Assembly: GCA_002633005.1 (NCBI GenBank)
Contig: NMRA01000053.1
Span: forward strand, 186,001-250,000
Reading direction: 5' to 3'
Length of the DNA: 64,000 bases
Source of the DNA: Phoronis australis
Lineage: Eukaryota; Animalia; Phoronida
Positions 37,701 through 49,700 of this stretch are shown piece by piece. The position numbers were made by a program, and so were the translations under genes. Within the stretch, counting starts at the first letter, position 1, and each line of letters begins with the position of its first letter. The notes beneath the pieces are model-generated. The model saw only the letters and a list, made by a program, of their open reading frames with translations, made no database searches and had not been told where the DNA came from.

Positions 37701-40700
37701 CGCGCTTCCTGGCCACGTACTTTTAACAAAGGTCAAGTTTTTATTAGTCTTCGATTCGTGGTTTTCATGTGTACAGAGAAATTTGGATTCCTATTGAGGG
37801 AGAAGATCTGTGCGGGAAAGGTACAATACAATCCCTTTGACAAGTACGCTGCATCTGTTCTGAAAAGCCAGACCATAATAGGACACGTCCCTCACAAGAT
37901 CAGCAAAACTTTTGCATTCTTTTTGAAGCACCGCGGAAGTTTGAAGAGTATAGTCACAACTAAATACTGACACAGTGGTGAGCCTCGTGGTCTAAATCTA
38001 AAAATTCCGCGCACAATGATTTTTTCAGGACTGTCGGATCTTATTGTAAGGCAAGGCATTTTTTGCATGCACACAGTGTTCATGGACTGGGCGCTTACTT
38101 TAGCAAAGTCTGAAAATGCGTGGGGGGCACTTATAGGGACATGGGCGCTTATCAGGGCGAATACAGTATTTATTACTTTGGGCACTCACTAAATACATGA
38201 CACATCTTCTGTAATGTTACGTTGGAAAATCGGACTACGTACAAAGGCATGACCAGCGGATTGTTGCCGGACACTGACAAGAGATTGGATAAGACCGACT
38301 TGAAGCCTCGTTTTTCCACTTTGCCCGAATCTTGAAATGTTGACATGTCATCCCCGTTGGCTGAAACACAAAAATTGACACGCACAGATTACGGTAAAAT
38401 TTCTTCAGTTTGGGACAAAAAATAATTGCTTAAAATTTTCATATTTCTATTTTTCATAGCCATGTCACATTGTTACAAATTGTCAAAAATTTATCAAATG
38501 TCATTTGATAATAGCTACACCACACAAACAGAATTAATTTTCATGAGAAGTTATTTTTGCTGAAAATTTTGACAAAGTGAAATTTCAACAAGCAATATAT
38601 TATGCAAAACTATATTAACAGTTTCAACCAGAATAATATTCAACTATAGACAGATGGAGCCACCTATTCCGAAAGACTAAAGCTTCAGTCATTTTAACCC
38701 AGACTGCATGGACTTCACTCTCATTGTTTTATTAAGTCATGCTTTGAATTTCAACATTTCAATTAGAAACAAGGAAGATTTCTTCTACAAAACACTTTTT
38801 ACTATCCTGTTTCCAGACAGTAGCTTTTCTAAGCACCGTTATACTAAACTTCTCATAAAATTTGGAAATTGATGTTTTACTTGCAAGGATCATACGTCTT
38901 CAGTATACAACCAGGTTAACTTAGTTAAAACGTGAAAAAGATATGTAATGCGAAATTGTATAGATCAAGAAAGGAACAAATAAAGTTTCCAATCCTAAGT
39001 AACAATATGAAACAGATTTAAAAAATAACACAAACAAGGAAAAGGGACAATCCAGCATCTATTTACATTTTTTAGGTTTTATGTTTTTCCTTACTTTGAC
39101 ATGAAATCTCAAGTTTACATAAAATACGCTTTGCCACTTGAAGAGATAAATAAACATCTGCGCTCACCTTGTTTTTTGCTATTCTCACCAGATGGCACCT
39201 GTTTTGGTGGGCTGACAACAACTGACTTGGTGATTGACTTGTCACTAACAGAGGACTCTGTAGTCTCTGTGAATCCACCACTGCTACGATTGTCTGAGGA
39301 TGTGTTAGTGGGCATCTCTGCAGCTACAAAATATAAAGTCAAGTTTCAAATGCATAACTTCAGCTTGTTGCTTAAAAACCAACAAAAGCACTTTTATATT
39401 TTAAACATTTTCAAATGCCAAATTTGCATGTAAATTATTTTAGAATACAACATTTCTTGCTATTGACTAGGTGAATGTAATATACGGTAATTCTTATGCA
39501 GTTATATCTGATGCTGGCATATATAAATATCTAAAGTTTTGTAATAAAAGTAATAATATTCTTTACTGCATTGTATTTCACAGTTTAAGCATCTGTTTTA
39601 ATTTACAACAAAAAGCAAAAAAAAAAAAATCAATTTCCACACCACTGCGAAGTCAATAGTCAGTTACAGGGCTCCCCAGAATTTGAGAACCAGTTTCTTC
39701 TTCTGGATATTAGACATCAAACTGGTTCTCAAAATCCAAGTGCCAAGAGCCCTAAGTTCTGTACTTGATAGTAGTAACAACAACCAGTAGCAGTACTCAC
39801 TCTCTCTGTGTTTACACATGATGAATGTGTCTTCATCCACACTTCCTTTAGTCGGCCACATACCCACGTTCAGCCCCGGACTGATGCTGTAGTCACAGTT
39901 AGCGTCCTCTGTTGTCGACTCTGAGACACTGCGCTCTGACTCAACCACAGACACGTCAAGGCAATCTGCAACAATGGCAAACCTCACAGACCAGTCACAA
40001 ACACATTCTGATTTAAGACTTACTACCTAATACTTGTGCCAAACATAGGTCCACTACCTTTTGATGCATAAAAAATTGAAGAGACACCCAACATTAATTG
40101 ATATCTAATGTTCATTTCTAAGCTTGAATTTCTTTGCATTTCTAGTATTGGATATAAAGCATAAATTATAGTTTTAACCTTAAAAGGATACCAAACCTGG
40201 TTTTGACCAATTAACGGATATTAACAATGACTTTCCCATCCAGCACTCTAAAACAAAATTAAGCTCTTAAAAGTTTAGAGAATATTTTGAAAGCTAGTAA
40301 TACAAAGTCTGCTAAACGGGCAATTGTTGACGCACATTTCAGACAAGTTACAAGACAGCTCTAGGAAAAGATCACCAGCTAAGAACAATCCATTCTATGA
40401 CACAGCGACCATCTCTTTTTAGTTGAATCCTGCTTTTATCAATCAAGTGAGACACCAACGGTGCATTTATTTAGCAGGAAGCGTAACAAGGATCAGTAGA
40501 AATCACCAAAAACGAGTTACGTATCGTATTGTGACTACTTGCTTTTAGCCTGAATTATGGTGGCCAACAACTGTTTATCAAGCTTGATGATTTGAGTGAC
40601 GAAAATGATATAGTTTTAACATCATCAAATTAGTTTCTAAAACGAAAAATACATAATAAAAAAAATAGTTGTATTGAGAAGCAAAATATAGTATGTGCAC

Positions 40701-43700
40701 AATGAACCACATTAAAACATAAAACAAAATGCTCGACAAATATAACAGCAATAGCAATAGCATTAGCAAGTTCTCTTACATCTAAAGCTCATAACTGACG
40801 TCATCCCTGTCTACTTTTGCGATAAATGCAACAAAATCAACTGACCAAACCAGTGAACTGTTACTGAACAACAAATACATTAGGTAGGCATAAAAAAAAC
40901 TTTCCGTTTAACATTACTGAAACATCACCTCTAGTTAAAGTACCACTCAACACTATTTACAAATTGCCACCAAAGATGGTACTGTTCACCTACTTTGAAG
41001 ACTTTCCTCCATAGCGTCAGCGATCTCAGCCTCCAAACCACGTATTTCCGGTTGTTTNTGGTTCTGGTTGTGGTTCTGGTTCTATGTCTGAAATTCAGTG
41101 AAACTAGTTGCAGTTCCAAGACCAATGATATTTTGATACACAAAGTACGGTAGACGATTTTGACTCCCGTTTGTTTACTTCCTATAGTATTTTCAGTGCA
41201 TGCTGGGATGTGTGCACAACTGTAGCGACTTCGTGGCAGCTTGGAATTTTTACCAGGTCGCCAAACAAAATCTAAGGTCGCACTGGCCAACTGCAGGTCA
41301 CCAAATCGAGCCCTGTCCTAAATTAGTGATCCGCTGAATAATTTCAGAATTAAGTAAATAATTGCTTTTCTTAAATGCAGCAGGTATTCAAATGTTCATT
41401 AGTTTCATGCCCAGACCACTTGAAACATGGAGGGCTTGGAGCACAACTCAGAGTAAAACCAACTTAATGAGACGGAATACATCTGAATAAGCACTTTATC
41501 ATTTTGCTCCACGTTACCGTAGCATACCTTGTACTGTGCCCGACTCAAGAATGTTTTCCATGCTACTGACAGATGGCGTCTTACTCACTCCTCCCATTCT
41601 CTGCAGGAGGTCACCAGTCACCTGCGGTGAGTTGCTGCTGCTTGCGTTATTCCGTGAGTTCTTGGCTTCTTTCTCAAGTTTGTTCTTCAGCTGTTGCAAT
41701 TCCGATAATCTAAAACCACAACATTCCACCCAAATGCGCTTAATTAACAATATCCCTGGCATTCATAACAATTTACTATATATGGAGCGTTTTACAGTAA
41801 TCATGAGGGAGTGTATGTTGATGCAAGATATGACCACAGAAGACAGTATCATATCAGCACCTCACAGTCTTCAAGACTTCTCAAAGAGTCATATACAAGA
41901 AGTTGGCATAATCAAGACACAATTTGTCCAGAGCAATATCTTGCCAGTTTTGGGCGTTCAGCAGACGGGCTTACTCTTAGCATTTCAGTAATTGTAACGC
42001 TTGAGAATGCTTTTGAGATAGTTTTTGTTTTATTATACATTAACACAGTATATGTAGCATTGCTGTGGATTGCTTTAATCATCACCATGATCCTCGAAGA
42101 ACTTTCACTCTTCAACTACATCTCAAAACAGCAACAGTCACCTTAGATACAAGACTCTGATGATGAAGCAAGACAAGGCAATACCAAGATTGTATTCATG
42201 AATTAAAATGAAACGGTGCACTTAATATTTAAGTCTTTGCATTGCTTTATAATTCTGATTGACATACTTTTGATTCCATAAGATGACGGCATCGGCAATA
42301 ATCTTCTTGAGACTAGCGATTATATCCACGCATTCGTAGTATTCTGGAAGGAAAAGATGTTACAATCACGCATAACAATTAGATGTGGTCCCTATTTGTC
42401 TCCAGTGGCCATCTTGATTCAAAGCTTTTCACACAGACACAGTAATCTGTCAGGACAATTCAACCCGTTTCCTGAGGTCCTTGAACATCATAAACAGTCC
42501 TGGCATTCTCTAGTACAGCAAAGCCGTTTGACTTTAAACAGTTGAACTCTTCCACAGGCTGTTCAAGAGAATTGTGGAAAACAACAAGAACTTTAGAAGG
42601 GTGGAAATCACTACAGTTTTAGAATACTGCAGCACTTCTTAATTATACTGACTACAAGCGTGCTTGTACATGGTTATTCACTGTGAGAAGCAACGCCCTC
42701 TGTCTTCATGTTTCTGAGTCTACATTAATCAAATGTTTTCACAACATTGAAAGCCTCGGTATCACAACGAATGCAAAGAGCAGGTGATTTGGACTTCTCC
42801 AACAGTTAAGAACTAGCAAAAACATTAACCTTACCCTCTTCAACCAACAAGTTTTTGTCTGTGTTTTCTGAGACAGGTGTCGTCAGCTTCATGTTCAGTG
42901 TTTCGATTTGGTCTCGGAATGCGGCTCGCTCCACCTGAAAGATACAGTGAACTACAGTCAAAATTCCATTCGTGATGCCATGAACAGAACTCAAAACTTT
43001 ATAATATTTTCTTTGAAGGAATTATCAATTTTATCTTAAAGTCAGTAGAGCATTAGCGAGAGACATAGCTGAGAGTTTATGTAATGTAAAAATATAATAA
43101 AACCTAACTTTGAGTATTCTCTTTTTCAAAGTTTGTGACAATATTGCAGGTAAGAAAAACTCAAACCACAAGGATTATACTAAAATTCACTGCAATCCTC
43201 CTGTTTGTATATTTTATAAAGTTTTACCCAGTCATTTTCATTGGTTATGGCTTTCAACATGTTTTGAATTAATTTTGAATAACTGAGAGTGAAATGTTGA
43301 ATACAATTAAAATAGTATAGTAACTTAGCACTTGACGAAGTGCTGAGATACAAAATATAACCTGAATTACCCCATGCTATGTTTGAAATATATCAAACTG
43401 TTACAAGTCAAACATTCGTCACATGGATAATTCTCTAAAGTATGCAGACAAAGTTTTACATCAAAAATCTTCCAGTTTGTGCATACAGCACTTAGATTAA
43501 AAGAGTTCCACCTCAAATAAAATCTATCGAAACACTGACATTGGAACTTTGCATGCTCTACTACTGTATTTTTCCATGTAATTCAGGAAACCTATGTGAC
43601 CTTTTGACCCGTGTGACCTTTTGACATATGTGACCTTTTGACCTACCTTCTGCATGTCCACATATTCAGCAGCCAGCTTGTTGACCGGACTTTCAGGTTG

Positions 43701-46700
43701 CACCTCACCCTGTATCCTGATCAAGTACTCCAGGATATGGCTGTACACACCGTAGCCTCTGGAAAAAGCAAACAGCAAAATTAGTCATGTCCACACTACA
43801 AATGAGTCTGGAACAACTTGTCCTAGAACAACTTGCCCCCAGTCAGCCAGAGTCCACATGACACACTCAATACCTTATGACAAATATGAAGCAAACAGGA
43901 TTAGATACCTATATAAGTATGAAGCTGGCGTGCAGCTGGTAATTGCCTCCACTTTGTCTATAGGTGTGCCTCCACACTACTATCCCTGGGGCAGGTTACC
44001 CTTGGCTAGAACAAGTTACTCTACCTCAATAAGTTTAGACCAAGTTGTCACACTTGTGTCAAGATCTCCCAGCACAAGTAACGCCCACATTACAGCGTTT
44101 TCCAGTTGCTCCCAACTTGTTCAGTTCTATACCCCAACAACAAGTTGAGAAGATGACCCCTGTAGCCAATATCTTACACAACTGATTAACTCCATTCTGG
44201 AATTTATGGTTGGAGGGCCAGCTCTCTTTTGTTCGATAATTGCTCTAATCTCCAATAAAATAGTATCTAGCCTGACTAGACTGTGCTGTTAAAAATAAAA
44301 GTTACATTATAACATATTTGAACATAAACCAAAAGCATTTCTGAAACCCTCGTCAAATGGTGATCATGTTTAGTTTTTGAATCGCCCAACTACAACCGAA
44401 GTTATGACAATCTATTGTTTCCGAACGTACCAACTGACCTATCCAAAGCTCTGACCCCTTGCGAAAAGTCACGTGACACCTGACAAACAAACAGGATGTC
44501 AGAGGCAAATACACTGTTGCTAAACGACGTTCCTGGTGGAATCGATAAGTGTTTTTTGCACTATCCGAAAACACTTCGACAAAGACAACAGGTGATGCTT
44601 TCAGCAAAGAATCCTACGTTTATGATGCGAGAATTTGCAAAGGTGACGATGAAAAAATATTTAATTAGTGTTCCAGGAAAAGTATTTCGGAGACTCCGAA
44701 AATCCGAAGAACCCCCCTTCATCTGACAAATGACAAGGCCACTGAAGGCAGATGCGATATGTTCATGTAAAGCTGGGTATGTACCTTAAAGTCGAATTAT
44801 CTGTACTTATTGGAGTTGGCCAACCCTAAAATAATCAATTTGAAAATGGCACATGTACACATTGTCTGTGATTTGAGTTGGTAATGAAAATAGAATCCCA
44901 TCACAAACTATTCAAAACCAATTGAAAAGAAACACCTTTTTAAAGTGAAAATCTAGTGCCCTTAACAAACAACATGAAACTTAATTGACATTAGTGCACT
45001 GATTTGTTACTTAGCAACAAGACTCAAAATCTGACACTTACGTGATGGACAGATCTCGGCACTCTTCAATAACCTTCTGCCGCTGGTTGTTCAGACTACA
45101 CACACTGACAACAGGTGGTGGGAACACAACCTCTCGCAGTGTGATCTTACTGTATCTGGAAAAAAATAACAAAAACTAAACTAACATGTGTCTGGATATC
45201 TGTTTCGGCTCCTTGCATGCCCATTTCCAAGAAAACAACAATAAAAAGGTGACAACACACTCCAAATTTAAATGTTGAGAGTAAATTGTATTGATGGTTA
45301 TCCTGAATGAGGCGAAACTGAGTTAACAAACCTACCAAAACACCATGACAGACCTCATCGAATATTACTCATAGTGCATTACACCATGTGGTAAAGCTAA
45401 CTGTTTTTACGTCTCATTCTGAAGTGACGAATAAGTTCAATTCAGGCTGTGTACAGATTGTTATTACAATTTATATCTTGCTGGAATTAATGAACAATGT
45501 ACTTGTCAGTATATTAAATAAACAACACTATAACAGCAAGGAAGAATTTTGGAATTTCCAACTCGGTATCAATGCAACCCATGACACGACACAGACATCG
45601 TCTGCTACCCCATGTTCAGTAACTTTTACATTACTATAAGCAAAATCTCTCAAAGGCTACAGTACATATGTTTGTCCACTGTCCCAAACTTTGCACAGTG
45701 TGAAAAGATGTTGAACGACGGCCAGATTAACTCCTTGTACACCTCGAGTGACCAAGTTCTTACAAATTAGAATACCAGGGTGCCTTTAGTAGATGCAAGA
45801 ATACTTCACAAAAAGGAAGATCACGCAACACAACAAAAAGTGTATTTCATGAGTATACTCAGCTTACTAGTGTACCCTAGCAAACTGGCGGCCACTGAAG
45901 TGATTGGTCGGCGAGGTTGGAATGTTGAATTATGAGATACATGTCATTGTTTCCGTTCCATAAGCGAACATTTCTCGCCACAAGTGTTTCCAAGTGCCTT
46001 GGGTCTATGGAACACAACCCAGTGCCCTGGGTCAATGGGACACAGGCCAGTGCCCTGGGTCTATGGGACACATCCCAGCTGTTTCCGTAGTGCTGGGCCC
46101 CATTTTATCAAACACTGGATGCCCAGTCAAAACTAAGACAGCAGTATCTCACTCAGATTTTACAGGCACACAATGCATTATGAGGATGGTCATTAAGAGA
46201 GAATATGGACAAAAGTCAAGTCTACTTCTGTCACAGAAATGTTTAATTCTGGCAAAAATTCACAGCATCCCTGCACCATTAACATGTGTATGACTGCCTC
46301 AGCAACAAGCAGGTATCCAATCCTTGATAAAACGGGCCCCAACCATTCAGTACAAGAGGATTCTTTACACTTGTCACCCCCCCCCAAAGCTCATACTCAC
46401 TTGAAGGCTGCCACAGTGTTCTTGAAACCAAAATACTGGTAGTGGTCATGATGGATAGAATCGACGCACGGGTTAGCACTGGCTCGTCGACCGTACATGT
46501 TGCCATGGAAACGAAGTTCAAGGTATTTGGCGAAGGAGATGGACCATGTGTCCTGAGACATAGGAACCACTGGCGTCACCTGAAGGAAAAAGTACAAATG
46601 ATGCAATATATGTTGGAACATTTCATGTGGCACTGCGTTTACCGTCAGTATGTGGTCTTATGACACCAATAATATACATGTACAGTGATAATTATTCCTG

Positions 46701-49700
46701 TTTGTTGTTTTCTACTTTTTGGGGCTTGTATTACAACCGTGGGAATTGTTGCCTAGTAGTTATATCTTTGCAGTTTTACAAATAGGAGTGGATAGTGTGG
46801 AAGTCGTATGGATGCAGATTAAGTTCAGAGCAAATGACATGACATGCAGGACATGTTTCAGGGGCAGATCCAGGATTTTGAGTTGGGGGGCAGGGCAGAG
46901 TATTAGCCAGGATTTTGCCTGTCAGAAATTTGCACCCCGAACTGCCAAATGGAATCTGGGAAAATTTTAGGGGGGCCATGGCCTCCTTGCCACCCCCCCT
47001 AAATCCGCCACTGTGTCAATCCCATCCCAAAGAAGGAAGTCGCAAAAGTATTAAAGAAAATAATAACATACAAGGGAACTAACTCACACAGAGGAACAGC
47101 ATGTAAATGACNGTTCTTGAAACCAAAATACTGGTAGTGGTCATGATGGATAGAATCGACGCAAGGGTTAGCACTAGCTCGTCGACCGTACATATTTCCA
47201 TGGAAACGAAGTTCAAGGTATTTGGCAAAGGAGATGGACCACGTGTCCTGAGACATAGGCACCACCGGCGTCACCTGAAGGAAAAAGTACGTGACAAATG
47301 ATGCAATATATGTTGGAACATTTCATGAGCGTTTGTCGTCATTATGTGGTCTTATGACACCAATAATACACATGTACGGTGATAATTATTCCAGTTTGTT
47401 GTTGTCTACTTTTTGGGGCTTGTATTACAACCGTGGGAATTGTTACCTAGCAGTTATATCTTTACAATTTTACAAACAGGAGTGGATAGTGTTGAAGTCG
47501 TATGGATGCAGATTAAGTTCAGAGCAAATGACGTGACATGTAGGACATGTTTCAGGGGCAGATCCAGGATTTTGAGTTGGGGGGGCAGGGCAGAGTACTA
47601 GCCAGGATTTTGCCTGTCAGAAATTTGCACCCCGAACTGCCAAATGGAATCTGGGAAAATTTTAGGGGGCCTCCTTGCCCCCCCCCTTAAATCCGCCACT
47701 GTGTCAATCCCATCCCAAAGAAGGAAGTCGCAAAAGTATTAAAGAAAATAATAACATACAAGGGAACTAACTCACACAGAGGAACAGCATGCAAATGACA
47801 ATAGATGGCGCCAATGCCAAAGCAAATTGCAAGTAAACTGTAAGACTCGGAATAAAGCAGATAAGATAGGATAGGAATGACTGCGTTGTGATAATTAGCG
47901 GCTGTTGTTATATCCCCTTGACCCACCTGTTTACACTTCTTACACCAACTCCACATGTAGATGCGCCTCTCACTCACATGCACCCCACTCTTCACCTTCT
48001 TCAACATAATGTGGATACAGCTCGTGTCATGCACGAACCGACGGATATGATCCAACATGGGTTTATTGCACGTCTCACTAGGACAGTTGTATGACTCCCT
48101 GGTGACAAAACGCAGACAGCATTAACAAAGTTCAAATCCTAAATTGACAACAAAAACTTTCAGAATACCAACTGGACAATTCATATTGTTTCTAGTCTAA
48201 ATACTAACAGGAATGTACTAATTTTCGTAAGATATTTAGACTTATTATTTCCCAAGATGAGAACTCAATTTTTATTCCAAAAAATAAAACGGAAATTTCC
48301 AATTTTAAAATGGCTACAGAATAACTGCAAGAGTGCAACCACAATTTTATAGATTTTATAAACAGGCATTAGTAAACAGTAATCCACATATATATCATTC
48401 ATGGCAAAATATTTGAACTATAAGCAACAAAATGCTAATGTCACAATCAGCTGACAGCTATCGTTACCTGAAACAGTATCTTTCCAAGAAGCCTCCGAGT
48501 GTGATGTCATTCCTACCGTAATAGTCCATGGCAACAACCCTGCAAGAAGAGAAAAACTGTAAAATACAATCACAGTATTTCCAAGAAGTGAACAAAATTC
48601 AGAACAAATAAGCTGAACACTGGCTATTTCATGACTCTAGGAAGTCTAATTTTAAGTTGATTACTTCCATTCATTGTGATTTTTTAAATGGCTACCAGAG
48701 CTCCCACTGTGGATTAGATCTGTACCAAACTGTGAGCCAGAAATCGAAACAACTGGACTAAGAACAGGGCCTTTATTGTTGTATCAAGTGAAAAAAAGAA
48801 GCCAAAAAGTCTGTCCACAGGAAATACGACAACTACCAATTAGTGGTACTCACCAGGGACTAACACAGGGGTATGGTGCATTAGGCGAAGTATGACAGTA
48901 ACTGCTGAAGAGTACAGACAGCTGTTGATGAACCTCAGGGTTCAAGCAGTCAATCTTCCTCTCCCACTCGAGACCTGTGGAAAGTACCGGCGCTACCTCC
49001 TCAGATTTCGTCTCTGCAAAGCTGGTTTGCCTGCGCGCAGCCTGTCGTTTCTCGCGCACCTCAATGGCACTGAGCTGACGTATGGTTCCTCCACGTGCAC
49101 GGAAGTCAGCTAGTAGTGCCTGTGAAGAACAGGTGGTTGTGAAGAGCAGAACAGATATCTAACATGAATTTGGCTGCAGTAGTCATTTGCATGATGGAAA
49201 CTGCTGAGTTGTGGTTTCAGATGGTAATAAGATGCACAAAAATCTTAGTTGGTTCTGACCTCTGTTTGGAAACCTGAATACCACTGTATTGATAAAAATA
49301 TGACTACACGTCATATTAGGTTATGTAAGACCCAAGGCCTAATGCCCACATTTGGCTACCTCCAGAAAATACATACTCTGAGTCTATAGTTTTGTACTAG
49401 GTATCTGGCTGAATACACAAACAAACTCAATAAAGTACCACATAACCTGTGATAATTTTCATAGTCACAAAATTAATACAATGTTAATTTGTTCAAGCAT
49501 TGGTTTTCCAGCTGCATATTAATAATACTTGTATTACTACAGTACATAAATGCTATTATTACTTCAGAAACTAAATCACAAATTAATACTCCATGCTTGC
49601 ATTGGGCAGAACCTTCAAGGTTACCCTCCCCCCAAATGCATTTAACGCCCAAATGCATTTTCATAAAAATGAAGTTGATGATTGACAGGTGACCATTAAT

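Noticed and set aside
41536-41991. 151-aa plus-strand ORF and similar antisense ORFs at 49741-50713
   Set aside because: They are shadows of PIKfyve exons on the opposite strand with no independent signal.
43790-44760. Two possible MITEs with internal acaagtt/aacttgt and gtcacgtgac motifs
   Set aside because: The terminal inverted repeats and TSDs are too weak to define boundaries.
47113-47274. Mutually exclusive alternative exon of PIKfyve
   Set aside because: It encodes an identical peptide, has no donor site and ends at an N, so a haplotype artefact is more parsimonious.
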